Shown here: piece after piece, positions 10,819 through 23,790 of the stretch
Position numbering within the stretch: position 1 is the stretch's first letter
How the letters are laid out: each line of letters begins with the position of its first letter
Source of the DNA: Xylographa opegraphella
Lineage: Eukaryota
Assembly: GCA_022813865.1 (NCBI GenBank)
Contig: JALDZX010000107.1
Coordinates: 1 to 36,934, forward strand
Reading direction: 5' to 3'
DNA length: 36,934 bases
Position numbers and translations under genes: made by a program
The notes under the pieces: generated by a model
The model's input: the letters and a program-made list of their open reading frames with translations, nothing else
What the model was told of the DNA's origin: nothing
Databases searched by the model: none

Positions 10819-13800
10819 TAAGTAGTTTTTTAGTACTATTTGATTTTAGGTAGTTTTTCTACTTGATTAAATGATTCTGACTTTGTTTATCCAGAATTTT
10901 CTTTACTTCGAATTTCTATTAATTTTTCTTATTATATTAAAAGATTATTTATAATAAAGTACTTACGTCTGCGAGTTCCAACAAGAATATATAAAATACT
11001 GGGTATACTCTTACATTTTTTGGCAAGTTAAGGAGGCAGTTGACTAACTCTTTGATTTATTTGATTAAGAATGTTTCGATTTTAATATGATTAAGCTTCT
11101 TGCTTCGATTTTTGCTGATTGTTAAATTCTTTGTAAAAAGGTACATTTTATCCCCCTTTTTTAGCTGAGGTCCATTCTTTGTATTTTTTCATTTTGCAGC
11201 AGTAATTCTGTCGTTGTTCTGCTCAATTCTTTTAAATAACGCTTCATGCGTAACTTTCAGATTTTTGATTAATATTATTGCTTTATTTGCATTAAATCCA
11301 GGCCTTTTGTTTTTAAATAATTATAAATGCTGTTTCATATTCGCGAAGAACGGCGACATTTTCGTTATTATAAATTATTTGTCGTTCGGCGCTAATTATT
11401 CTAAAGATAATAATAATGTTTATTTGTTTTATTTAAAGTTAATAAAGTGTCGTAAATATATTTTCAAACTTTGATTTTTTATATTTATTTATTTATTTAT
11501 AGATAATAAGCTGTTGATATTTTTAATTTAATTTTTAATTTAAATATAAAAGTTCTTTTAAAGTTCGATGTAAGTAACTTGTTTTTATTAAATGTTATTT
11601 CTGCTAAAAATTTATAATGTTTTATTAATCTGTTTGATAAAAGAAAATTAATTATTCAGCTATATATATTTCCTTGAAGGGTACAATACTAGAGTATTTG
11701 GTAAATTTATTTATAAATATTATTATCGAGTTATACTTTAGTTCTGTAGTTGAATCTTCTGACTTTGATAGTTTTATAATAAAGTTAATCGAAATTTATT
11801 TTTATGGTTTCTTTAGAATATTCGAATATTGAATATTTCTATATACTGTATGTTTTCTTAATTTATTTTTCTGATATAGTATGTATTTCTTGATATAATA
11901 TGTATTTCTTGATATATTCCTTTATATACTTTTTTATATTTAGGAATTCATAATTTCTTTTTATAAATTCTATTATTTTGGTAACTCCTGGATGGTTATT
12001 GATTGATTTATCGTAATAATGTTTAATTATTTCTTCTGCTAACAGTTCTGTTAAATCTTTTGTAATCGTTTTTATTTCAAAAGCTGCGATTTGTTTTATA
12101 GGAATAAAAGCCTCGTTGTTATCCTTTTATAGCAATGCTTCGTTTATTAGTTCTTTGTTTATAAGATTTTTTCTTTTACTAAATATATTTGCTTTTCTAT
12201 TGTCTTTGCCTGGTGTATATATGATTTTAAATTTATTTTATTCTAAAAGTTCTGCCCATCGTATTTATTTTTTATTAAGTATTTTTATTGTGGTAAAATT
12301 TAACAGATTTTTATGATTCGTATAAATTGTAAGTCTCGAGCAACTTTTTATATACTCTTTAATTTTAAATAAATATTATTATAACGAGTAGATTCTTATC
12401 GTAAATATTATAGTTTTATTTTATTTATAATATTTTTTTTAAATAATATGCAATAGGGTGCTATTTCCCATTTTGCATTTATAATAAACATATTTTTATA
12501 ACTAAGTTTGATACGTCTGTTTTTATTCTTGCAGGTTTTTTTTATTTAAAATATTATTAAAATTGGTAGTTCTGTACAAATTTTTTGAAAATATTAAAAG
12601 CTCGCTGTTGATTCGAATCCCATTTAAAGTTTATATTCTTATGTAATAAATTTGTTAGGGGTATCGCTGTCTTCGAGTAATTTTTAATAAAAATTCTGTT
12701 AAAGTTTGTGAATCCTAGGAATTTTAAAATATTTTTTGCTATTGTTGATTGAGGTTATTTAAATATAGCTTTAATTTTTTTTAAAATTTATTTTAATTCC
12801 GTTTCTACTGATTATGAATTTTAGAAAAATTATCTTGTTTTTACTAAATTTATATTTCTTTGATTTAAGAAGTAATTCTGTTTTTTTAAATATATAAATA
12901 TTTCTTGTACGTGCTGTATATATTTTTTTGCTAATTTCGAATAAATAAATATATCGTTTGAATAAATTATTATTGTTAAATTTAAATATATTTTTAATAC
13001 GTTGTTGATCAATATCTGATAAATAATTAATATATTAATTAATTCGAAAAATGTAATTTATTATTTATAGTATTTATATTTGCTTCGAAATGCAGTTTTT
13101 TATTCCTCGCCTTTTTTTATTTTAATTAGATTGTATACGCCTTTAAGGTTAAACTTGGTAAAAAATTTTACTTTATCGAATCTGTTTTGTATTTCGCTGA
13201 TTTTTGGTAAAGAATATCGATTTTACATAATAATATCGTTTAATTTTCGATAATTAATACAAAATCTTAAGTTTTTATTTTTCTTAAGTATAAATATTAC
13301 GAAATATTCTGTTAAGGATTTTAATTCGCGAATAAATCCTTTCTTTAAACTGTTCTCAATATATTTACGAAACTTTCGAAGTTCTTTTTTTAATATATTG
13401 TATATAAATTCAAATGTTGGCTCTTTTCCTGATTCGAGATTGATCTCGCGATTCCAAGACTGGTATTTAAATAAAGCGTTAAGCCTTTCCTTTTTCTAAA
13501 AGAACCATGTTCATACTTTATACTCTTTAGGGATATCAAGAGGTGCGTCGCTTCTCTTTAAACTTCGATTTAATTTGCTCTGCTAACCCTTGCTGGTGCG
13601 TATTGAGCCGAACCCTTGAGTAAAATCGTTTTTATTCGAAGATAAAATTTCCATAATCTTGATCGATTTTCGATTTTTTTTATTACCGTTCTCTGTTAAT
13701 GTATAAAAATATATATTAATAATGCGACTAATATATTTCTTGATAAGTACTCCTTTATTCTAATTTAGAAATACGTCGTGTTTGATCCATTAAAATCAAT

Positions 13801-14060
13801 TTAAAATAATATAGTATCTGGCTATGATAATTATATTAAAAATTATCTTTTTATGGTACTGATAAATAATAACAGGAAATGGCTTTACACATCGTTCTTC
13901 TACCTTTCTTGATGACCCGTCCGCCATTATTATTAAATTTATTTTAAAGTCGAAAATTCGAACCCGCAGCTTTTCGCGAAAGTACTGGATATATAATTTA
14001 CTTTAACTTTAATATTTAATAATATAATTTATTCGATGATTGTTTATTTTAATCGAAATC
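10760..14060 (-). pseudogene. Element B pol (protease, RT, RNase H, integrase, chromodomain)
   Basis: IYSNDIFIYS, from VYLDDILIYS, at about 12935-12970. RWAELL...YTPGKDN at about 12170-12262. HPGVTK at about 11980-12000. GPQLKKGD at about 11150-11172. FEVKKILDK...LIK*KNY...NLGN chromodomain at about 10770-10915. Confidence 0.92.
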
Positions 14061-14099
14061 TTTATAAAATTTATACAGTTTGATTTTTTCTAGTGTGTT

Positions 14100-15727
14100 T
14101 TCAAGTGTATTATATTAATTTATATATATATTTTTTATAATATATCAAATTATTTTTTCCCCTGTTTAAGGTCATCGTGAATTTCTTTGATTTTCGTACA
14201 CATTATATATATATTTTTTTAAAAATACTATTATTATAATAAAATTTTATATTCGTTTCTTTCTGGGCGCGTTTTATATATAATAAAATCGTTGTATAAA
14301 TCTCGTGTATATTCTGGAAAATATAAATATTTTCGTTTTTCTCGAAGGTATCCAGGGCATTTATCCTTAAAGTATTTATCCTAAATTTAAATATTATAAT
14401 AAACTTTTCTTGTATAGCCATTGTAATCATAATCTCTTTAATAAATCTTACAGTATATATTTATACAAGTATTATTATATATTAAATCATAATATAAATG
14501 TTTTGAATTTATTCGAAAATTTTATATTATATTTATTTTCCTGATTCGTATCGGCGTCGTTTTCTCTTTCGTTTTTTTATAGATTTAATTTTTGAAATCG
14601 TTTAATTTAATATTCTGTTTTTTTGGAATTTTTCTCGATTTGCAAGCTATTGGTGTCTGAGTCGCTTTTTTCATTATTCTTAATTTTTACTCAAGGGTTG
14701 TTTACCTTGTATTAAATATTGATTTTAACTTCTTTATATTTTTTGTTAATATTGACCTGGTCGCTTGAATTTGAAGTGAGTTTCGTGTTTTTTTTCTTGC
14801 ATAAAACAGCTAATTGTTTTTCCTTTTGAATTTCGATTTTATGGGTTTTTTAAATATATATTTATTTATGATTTAAATATTTTGTTCTTTAATCGACAGA
14901 TTTTAGTAATATAGCCGATTTTTCTATATATGTAATAAATAATCCCTGTTTTTAAACCCCGTAAATGCTGTTTTCTAAATCCCTGCTCTTGCTTTTAAAA
15001 TATATTTATTTCTATTGACATTGATTTATAAGAATTTAGCGTTTTGTATTATTTTTTTTATTTTAAAATCGTTTTTTAGTAATTAATTCTTATCGTGTTT
15101 TCGATTTTGTATTTATGTTTTATAGCTCGTTCGTACAGTTGTTATCAACTTATATATATTACGATTATTTGATTCATAATTTTATTTACTGTATCGATTT
15201 TTATTAATTTATTTTTCATCGAGTCTTTAAATCTCCTGTGGTATATTATTATTAATACGTTATTATTTTACTCAGTTTGCGTCGTAAATTATTAAAATCG
15301 AGTTAAATATTTTACATAAGATTTTTTTTATTTGAAATATTATATGATTCGTAATGCCATGTTTTTTTGTTTGATAATTCGAAAATTTTTCTGATTTTTA
15401 TTTTGAATGTCGCAAAGGTTTTTAGCTACTTGAAGTCTTTGTCATCAGAATTTTTGAAATATTTTTTAAAATAAAAGGCGATTTATTTCCGAGCTTGTTT
15501 TTGTATATAAATAATAGCGAAAAGTGATTTTTTGAGTTTTAAAACACCGTTTCCCTAAAACTCGAAAAACATGTCCATTTGCATGAGCCAGTCCTTTAAA
15601 TGGTCCCTATTTCCTTTATATTTATCGGGTCTCTTTACCTTGACGCGATAATCTTCTTCTATAGTATTTTTTTATTACTTTCTGCAACGCTTAGGGTTCG
15701 GTTTGGTCGTGCTCCTGATACATTCAT
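14100..15727 (-). pseudogene. Element B gag
   Basis: ATG at 15727, then MNVSGARPNR...VKVKRPDKYKGNRDHLKDWLMQMDMFFEF, a typical fungal Gypsy Gag N-terminus. The 3' boundary is approximate. Confidence 0.88.
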
Positions 15728-15744
15728 TTTGAAAATGTTTAAAA

Positions 15745-15952
15745 TATTACGATCCTGCTTTTCACTAGTATAATTTAATTAGGGATTTAAATTGAATTCG
15801 TTAATGAATGAATAGGAAAATACAGTAACAGGTTAATTATTCTCCAAAAGTAATAATTTTCGTATAAAGGGTTTATATTGAAGCCTACTATCTTAAAATC
15901 ATAACATGAGTAGAACACGCCTTTTAAAATAAAGGAAATCCTTCGCTTTATA
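15745..15952 (-). repeat. Truncated 5' LTR of element B (R/U5 side only)
   Basis: Aligns with 9869-10076; the homology stops abruptly after gctttatat. Confidence 0.9.
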
Positions 15953-18470
15953 TTAAAGTATTGTAAAAATTATTAAAAAAATTTATAAAAAATTGTTTAA
16001 TTAACTAGGAATCACAGTATTGATATTTCAAGAATAAATAACGATTTTTCAAATTTGAAAATTATTTTTAAAGCCGTCGATATTAGGACATTCTATAGTC
16101 AAATAACTATTATATATTAATATAAATATATTATATAAAATTCAATACGACGCTTACGTATATTATATTATTGAATCAATATTTGATGACACGAATTTTT
16201 TGAAATAAAAAATAATTTAACTAATATAATTTTTATTTAAAAAATTACTAAATTAAAATATTAATACTAACCAACGAAACTCAAAATTTGGATTTAATAT
16301 ATATTATTAAAATATTACGAAATATAATAAAATTCGCAGAATTATCGATAATGATGTTTATTAATTAGTTAATTACGTATTAAATATTTAAACAAATAAA
16401 TTTTAATATTATATTTATTAAGAAATTAGATCTTAAACTAATACGATTTTTAAAGTATTTTCAACGATTTAAATTTAACGTACGATATAAATTTAAGTAA
16501 TTTAATAATATATGAAACGTACTCTTTAAGCTTTTACGCCTTCAAATAATTAACGAAATAAAACATCAATTTAATATATATATATTTTACGCGATTAAAT
16601 ATTTTAAAAAATTACGGCTTTTATTTATACAGTTAGACTAATATCGATATATTTAATATTTGTAATATATATAAACGATAACTTTAAAAAGAATTTAATA
16701 AAAAATATTCATAAAATCCGCGATGAATACGCGTGAAAAAAATAAAAACAGAAATAATTTTAAAAATAATAAAATTGAAATCTTTTATCGTATAATTAAA
16801 TATTTATTTTATTTTAACAATGTCGAATGAAGTTTTGGTTTTTATATTTATAAGTTTATAATCCAAAATATTTCTAAACTCGTATATAATAACCTGGGTT
16901 ATTAAGAATATAATCGCATATATTAAAAATAAATCAAAAGGTTGTATATCTTCAATATAATTAAAAAGCTATTTATATATATTCGATATTATTTATAATA
17001 TTAACTTTATTAATATCTCGATATAATTTTTATAATTAATTATTATTAATTTTAGCTTTTTCAAGACTTTTCCATATAATCATAATGTATTTTATATTAA
17101 TTTTGCCGAAATTGTCTTAGAATGAATTTAACTGCATAATAATAATAATATATAAATTCAGCAAAGCTTTTATAATTATCTTTAAAAAGAGCCATCAATA
17201 GAAAAATATGGATTATAATTTTATTAAATTAATTATATTTACTGTTGGAAATAGCGTTGCCTGGCAGAATGCCCTCTATGTTGCCTGCAGGCAATATAGA
17301 CGCTAACCTGCTTCTAGACTAGCGTANNNNNNNNNNNNNGAGCTTTCTTCCTTAAGAAGAAAGCAACCTTCTTACGCATCTTGACAGATAGTTCAATGAA
17401 GCACTCACTGGTTCCACCATACTGATTCCACCCATTCATTTCAACTTTTACTTTAATAAAAAAATACTTAAAGCTATTTTTTTAATAAAAATTAAAAATT
17501 AATAAAAAAATTGTAGAAGAAAATTCCGAATATTTCAAAATAATTTTATAGTATATTTTATTATTTACAAACGAATAATTAATCTAAACGTTTGAATTAA
17601 ACCGTATAAATTGCACTGTAATATTATATAAAGACATTAAAAAATATATTTAATTAATTCAATATTTTATCGCGATTTAGTTATACTTTTTATAATTTCA
17701 TTAACATTATAGTTATTAATAAGTCTTTATATAAATTTTTTATACTTTTAAAACGAGGGAATCATTAAATTTTCTGAAATTCGAAAATACAAAATTAATA
17801 AAAATAAAAATTATAGCATCGATTAAGCTTTTTATATTTATTTATTTAATTACAATAAAAAACGTCGTTATAATAATACGAATACTTGATATTAATAATT
17901 TACGTATAGCGAACGTTAATTAATGTCGATTTATTTATATTAATACGAAGAACGCAATCATATTTATAAAAATAAAAATAAAAATATATTAAAAATTCAA
18001 AATTCAAAATAGAAATCGATTTTTAAAAAAAAAACTTATAATAAATTTGAAATGGTATAAAAAAATATAACGTATTAAATATTAAATAACGAATAGTTTA
18101 TCAATAATTTATTAAATCGCTTAAGAATTTTAAACGCATCGATCGTTTAACGTATACATTAAAACTTTCGAAAAATATAAAAATATATTCGATAGTTTTA
18201 ATGTTTTACTTAGAATTAATAATATTTTTAACAGAATTAATATAATAAAATAAAAATTGATTGATAATTATTCGTACTAATACAAAATCAATTAAAATAT
18301 AAATCGATCGATTTTTAAAACGACGAAAGGTAAAAGAATTTACAAAAATTTATTAATTATTTTATACGCTAAAAAAAATACGCTAAAAATACGATAATTA
18401 ATATAATTTTAAAACCCTCGACAACGTAAAAAATTTAAGTAATAATTTCAAAGAAGGCAATAAAGAATAC
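15953..18470 (+). pseudogene. Element A RNase H-integrase-chromodomain, RIP pseudogene
   Basis: About 16420-16535 KLDLKLIRFLKYFQRFKFNVRYKFK*FN..NVLFKL (RNase H end). About 16885 YNNLGY*EY (HDxxGHxG). About 17060 RLFHIIIMYFILILP (PFHTITMDFILxLP). About 18300-18460 IDRFLKRR...IR*KKY...LDN (chromodomain). Confidence 0.85.
17243..17446. mobile_element. Un-RIPped Copia-like LTR (or collapsed full element) inserted in element A integrase
   Basis: TGTTGGAAAT...ATTTCAACT with perfect 5-bp TSD TTTAC (17238-17242, 17447-17451). GC-rich. Contains a 13-N assembly gap at 17327-17339. Confidence 0.85.
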
Positions 18471-18559
18471 GAAATTAATATTATTTTGAAATAATTCTTT
18501 ATTACGTTCTGTATTTATACGTTTTTAAGGCGAAAGCCTTTTTTTTTATATTAAAAATG

Positions 18560-18794
18560 TATTATAATTACAGGCCGTAGATTGTTACCGTAAATCCCTG
18601 TCGTAATCATAGAATATAAACTCTGGCTGCAGTTGCCCTGATTATTTATTAAAGCTTTTGTTATATATAATTAATAAAAGCCTTCCGCTTAATTAATTTA
18701 TATATATATATATATATAGACAGAGCTTTCGACTTTGTAAATTATTATTCTCGATGATTTATATAATTACTCGTTTTCAGCAGTGCTTATGACA
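18560..18794 (+). repeat. 3' LTR of element A
   Basis: TATTATAATTACAG (RIP form of TGTTGTAACTACAG)...TTATGACA. Shares aaatccctgt, ctgcagtt.ccctgatt and tgttatatataattaataaa with the 5' LTR. Confidence 0.92.
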
Positions 18795-18799
18795 ACTCG

Positions 18800-20182
18800 T
18801 AACGATATTTATGAATTAAATAAACGCAGTATAATTATCTATATTTGAATTTGTTTTAATATTAATAATATAAATTAAAAAATTTCATTATAATAGTTTT
18901 TGCTGCAAGTTATTATTTAATTTAAGTAAATTTTTTATGAATATCGTTAACAAAGAAACGAATTATATATTATATCAATATATTATACGTTTTAATTTAA
19001 CGCTACTTTCAACAGTAATTTTAATATTGTAATAATTTTTTAGCGTTTACGTTCTGTATATCAATATTGATTTTTTATTTATAAAAAAATATATTTTTAC
19101 CAAAAAATTCGAATTTTTATTATAATAGATTTACAATTATTCGTATTATACGATTTTATAACGTCGAAATTACGTTTTAATTTTTATATTGTTGATATAT
19201 TTACGCTTTTAATTAATAAATTTTTTGATAATGATATTCAAACTGCGTTTAATCGTTTCTACATATTATATTATAATATTTGTAACTTCGGGTATATATT
19301 TATTAAAAGATTATAAAATAAAATTTTATTTAATTATTTAAATTTTATTTATTTTTATTTTCAACGTTAAAATTACGAATCGCTGGAGTTTCTTTTTACG
19401 TTATTGGAAACGAGTTTTACTTTAATTTAAAAAAGTTTATTATAATCTCGAAGTCGAGCCTTTTGCGTTGATTTAACGCTATTTATTATTATTAATTCGT
19501 AAAGTTTACATCTTCGCGTATTATGTGAAATATAAATATTTAACTATTAAACGTTGCTAAATTTATTTACATTATATATTTATATAATATCTCGTAAAAT
19601 CCTTTTAATTTATTTTTAAAAATAATATCGATTTCATTATTTTATATAATCGAGCATGCGTTTATTTACGATTTAAAAAAAATTCGTTTATATTATATAG
19701 TATTTACGTATTTATTATTCTTCGTATTTTTCTGCCTCGTAACTGCCTTCGTATTTATAGCAAAATAAAGGACTTTTATAAAACCTTCTTTTTATATTTA
19801 TATTTAATACCAATTATAATAATACAATATTTTATATTTTTTTAAAATATTTATATTCGTGTTTTTAATACGATTTTAACCATTCATAATTTAATATATA
19901 ATGAATTATCGGTCTGCTAATTGTTTTATTCAACATGAATAAAAGAAATTATCGCTTTTAAATACTTTTTTGCATCAAATCATTTTAAAAAAAAATTAAA
20001 TTCAAATATAAATTCTTATTTTTAAAACTATTTTTACGAGAGCGTTATGATTTTTTTATTTAGTATAATATAAATTCTATATATTAATATTAAAAGCTTC
20101 GACGTTAAATATAGGAAAATATAATAAAAAAAATTTATTTTATATTATTTCTATTTATTACGTGAATCATAACATTTCGTTA
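18800..20182 (-). mobile_element. Tad1-like LINE copy 2 (ORF1 zinc knuckles + ORF2 endonuclease N-terminus); continues at 5547-5682 and probably 21435-21600
   Basis: The reverse complement aligns with 23590-23790 plus 34158-35385. CYKYEGSYEAEKY de-RIPs to CxxCxxxHxxxxC. LQIL*YN...NISTI*KLKRN de-RIPs to LQILQYN...DIxAIQEPWRN. Confidence 0.85.
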
Positions 20183-20894
20183 TATTAACAAAAAGGAAAA
20201 ACAAAAATTCGATCAAAAATATAATTTTTACATTAGGAAAAAAAATTGTTGCTTAAAATTCACGGTTTTACAAATTGATCAAAAAGTATATTTTTTGCGT
20301 ATTTAATATATTTAACACGTTCAGTACGTTTAGCAAAAGTTTTTACGTGCAACTTTTTTAATGAATATTTTATATATTTAAAATACGTTTAAAATACGTT
20401 TTAATATTTTTTCACATATTGCTAAAAACAATTAAAAATAACTAAAAATAAAATAAAATATGAAGTTTTAAATTAACGGGTATTATTCGTAAATATTTAT
20501 TAACCTTATAATTTTATGAATATTTAACGTAATTTAAAAATTTTTAATAAATTTAAAAATTTTATATAAAATTAATTTAACTACGTATTTATATTATTTA
20601 TATAAGTTTAGTGAAAGGTTCGCTTAAAAATTTAAAAGAAATTCGAATTCTTTATTTATTCAATTAGCTTTTATTTATTTTTAAAAAAATTTAGGTACAT
20701 TTTCTTAACGAATTAATTATTTTTTAAAAAAAATTAGTTTTTTAATTTAATAAAAAGTTGCTAAACGTGTTAAATAGGTAAAGAATATATTTTGGCATAT
20801 ATAAATTAAAGGTTTTGTGCTATTTTAATAAATCTGCTTTTTGCGCAAAAAATATACTTTTTGATCGAATTCTCGTTTTTCCTTTTTACTGATA
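20183..20894. mobile_element. MITE family copy 3 (712 bp) with ~40-bp TIRs and TA target duplication; Tc1/mariner-pogo-like target
   Basis: TA|tattaacaaaaaggaaaaacaaaaattcgatcaaaaa ... tttttgatcgaattctcgtttttcctttttactgata|TA. Non-coding. Confidence 0.9.
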
Positions 20895-20904
20895 TATTTA
20901 TTTG

Positions 20905-21432
20905 ACCAATTAGCAGAAATAGTATAAAGTTTTTAATTTTATATATATTTTTTATATATTTTTTTTACATATTTTTTATATATTTTATATGTTTCTTGCG
21001 TATTTAAAATATTCAAAACATTTAATTCAAAAATTAAACTAAAAAATTCAAAAGCAACGTTTTAAAATAATTAATTCGCTTAAAAATATATTGAACAATA
21101 TGTTTAAAGTAAACTAATTAAACGAAAATTAAATTCGAATTATTTTTAAATATTTTTAAACAAATTCTTTACTAAATTTATATAAATAATATAAATACGT
21201 AATTAAATTAATTTTTCCAAAGAAATGTAACCTGATTAATTTTTTTAAACAACGTTAAATATTCGTAAAGTTATAACGTTAACGAATATTAACGAATAAT
21301 ATTCGTGTTATAAATACGATTGAAAGCAAGGTAATTATATAAATTATAAAAAATAATGAATTACAAAATCGAAAACTTTATTTATATATACACGAGGTTT
21401 TTTAACTAAGCGAAAAGTTTTTATTAATTATA
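20905..21432. mobile_element. MITE family copy 4 (truncated, inverted relative to the adjacent copy 3)
   Basis: agcagaaatagtataaag... matches the reverse complement of 5150-5490. Shares gttaaatattcgtaaagttataacgttaacgaatatt with 3885-3921. Confidence 0.8.
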
Positions 21433-21599
21433 CATAACAGAAATTTTATTAAATAATTAAAATGATTACAGCCAAAATTTGTAATTACGCAATTTATAAA
21501 TTTATTATTCGTAACTGTAGTAAAAATCTACGATTTATAATTATAATAAATAGTCGAAATAAAAGAAAAAAAATTCGCTTTAAAAGCGCTAAAAACAAA

Positions 21600-21790
21600 G
21601 AAAACAATAATAAAACAAAAATAAAACAATAATGAAATAATAAAAAAATAATAATAAAATAATAATAAAATAACAATAAAATAATTACAAAATAATAATA
21701 ATAATAAAATCATAATAAAATCATAATAAAATCATAATAAAATCATAATAAAATCATAATAAAATTATAATAAATCATAATAAAATCATC
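21600..21790. repeat. Low-complexity AAT tract and 11-bp (CATAATAAAAT)n array
   Basis: Directly visible; about 8 units at 21700-21790. Confidence 0.9.
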
Positions 21791-21799
21791 ATTTATAAT

Positions 21800-23000
21800 T
21801 AAAATAATATCGATTTCGTATTTTTTAATACTTTTTTTTAAAGAATTCCTAATATTTTTATTCAAAATTGTATTTCAATTCGTATTTCAATCAACGTATT
21901 AAATACTTTATAAAAGATTTTCGTTTTTTTTTCAACTTTTCGACGTTTTAAAAATCGAAGAATTTTATATTTTCATTAATCTCAGTTGAGTAGTACGAAT
22001 AATTACTTTTTATTTCTGAGTTTATTATATATTTTATTATTGGAAAGCGGTGCTGATTTTCAATACGCGATTAAATTTATATATTATTTAATAATTTTAA
22101 TTTAAAATATTATTTATTGTATAATTCTGAATGATTTTACGAATTATTAATCAATTTTGCGATATTTAATATTTTATACATTATAATTACGATGTAAATA
22201 AAAATTAATTTATATTTTAAATCGTAGTAAGTATTTATTTTTATAAATATAAAAATAGTTATTTTTTTCGTATTTCATATAAATAAATTAGTATTTATCG
22301 ACGTTTATTGTACGTAAATTATTAAAAATTAAAGCGAGTAATACGTCGTTTTGATTTATACGTTAAATTAATAAAATAAAAAATGATTTTAAAATTGAGA
22401 AGTTTATTTAAAAAAATATTAAAAATATCGAATACTTTTGGCGTTTTATCGAATTACGATTTATATATAACTTTCGTTATTTTGTTTAAAATAATTATAA
22501 TATTTTGCGAAAGTTTTTTTCGTCAAAATATTCGACAATACTTATTATATTTATTTTCAAGGGGTCGAGAAAGAATTTTCTTTTAATAATATCATTTTTT
22601 TATCAAATAATTGCGCTACTTTTTCGCTTTGTTCGCGATTAAATCGGGAAAACTGTAAAAATTCTTTGAATGTATAATTGTTTCTATTTTGTTTATTTTA
22701 TGAATTTTTAATTTTTTAACTGCGCGCTGCTAAATTTATATATTTAATATTTAAAATAATTTTTTATTTTCATTATTATTTTGCTCTTTACGTCGATTTT
22801 TGTTAAATAAATTTTTACGTATTTTTATATAAATAAAGTTTTTAATCGCTTAATTATTATTTAATCAACGTCACTGCATTGTTATATTTACAGAATTGAA
22901 ATACTTTTAGTAAGTTTGGGTAGTTTAATTTTATTAATTTAATTTATAAAACTATTGAAAGAGTAATCACGCAAGAGGTGAAGCAAATTCTTGAAATATA
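21800..23000 (-). mobile_element. Tad1-like LINE copy 3 (ORF2 linker and RT N-terminus)
   Basis: The reverse complement of 22720-22955 aligns with 35745-35990, and that of 22335-22490 aligns with 36380-36525 (DKTPK from DKAPG). Assignment of 21800-22330 is tentative. Confidence 0.78.
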
Positions 23001-23449
23001 ATTATATTATGATTGATTTAATTATTATACGTATAATAATAGCCGTCTTTACGTTTTTTGTACGTTTTTTGCAATAAAAAATGTAGAGTATTTATAATAC
23101 TTTGATTTCGACGCGTTGAATTAATTATGTTAATAATGCGAAATACGCGACGAGTTTAAAAATAATTAATACGTTAGTAAAAAAAATAAAAATAAAAAGT
23201 ATAAATTTTTAAAAAAGAAAATATTTATTAAATATTATTTTATAAAACGTTAAAACTGCGCCGAGTTCGCGAAATTTAAAAAAAAAATTTAATTAAATAA
23301 ATCGCTCTTTAACTAAGTAAATCCTTGACTTATTTAAAATAATTGAATCAAACTTTTTATTAATAATTCTAAATATTTAATAAAGCTGGTCAAACTTCGA
23401 TATATATAACTAAATAAATATAGTCGTAAAAAAGGTAAAGAATAAACGC

Positions 23450-23790
23450 TTATTTTAACGCTTTTTTAATCTAAAAAAGTTATAGTAAAAATAAAAACGG
23501 CGGAAAATAAAGATTCCATAAAATATGAAAACCCGATTTGACTATTATAAATTTTAAAAATAAAAAAATTATTGATATATATTAAAGGTTCTTTTAGCGA
23601 TAACTTAATGATTTACGCGGTAAATATAGATACAAAAAACAAAATAAAATAAAATTCAATCAAAAAACTCGCCGCGTTCGCGTAAAATTAACATCAAATT
23701 TTTTATATTAATATAAAATATTTAAATTCTACTAAATCTTAAGGATTAAAAAATTGTCGAAAAAATGCTATAAAAAATTAAAAAAATATT
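23450..23790 (+). mobile_element. Tad1-like LINE copy 1, 5' part (ORF1), split by element C
   Basis: Aligns with the reverse complement of 20010-20182 across the element C insertion point. The true 5' end may lie further left (about 23000). Confidence 0.75.

Larger units (their letters stand above)
9869..15952 (-). mobile_element. Gypsy/Ty3 chromovirus B with an extra antisense ORF; 5' LTR truncated
   Basis: LTR copies at 9869-10214 and 15745-15952. Gag, PR, RT, RH, IN and chromodomain lie on the - strand. Inserted in the RT of element A. Confidence 0.93.
5683..18794 (+). mobile_element. Gypsy/Ty3 chromovirus A, RIP-inactivated; hosts element B and a Copia-like LTR
   Basis: Direct LTRs at 5683-5909 and 18560-18794. 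The degenerate 5-bp TSD (cgtcg/actcg) matches the empty-site word cctcg in the paralogous LINE copy (about 35379-35383, reverse complement). De-RIPped PR, RT, RH, IN and chromodomain motifs occur in order. Confidence 0.9.

Noticed and set aside
11148..11172. atccccctttt as the polypurine tract of element B
   Set aside because: It encodes the integrase C-terminal GPQLKKGD motif, pol continues to the chromodomain, and the LTR is about 900 bp away.
11214..12316. Plus-strand ORFs 11214-11474 and 12116-12316 as further antisense genes
   Set aside because: They are shadow frames of B's integrase and RNase H with no independent motif.
15897..15906. ATAACA as the end of a short 161-bp LTR
   Set aside because: Homology among both B LTRs and the solo LTR continues past this point.
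21494..21713. Hydrophobic 'membrane peptide' ORFs
   Set aside because: They are the antisense reading of a low-complexity AAT tract.
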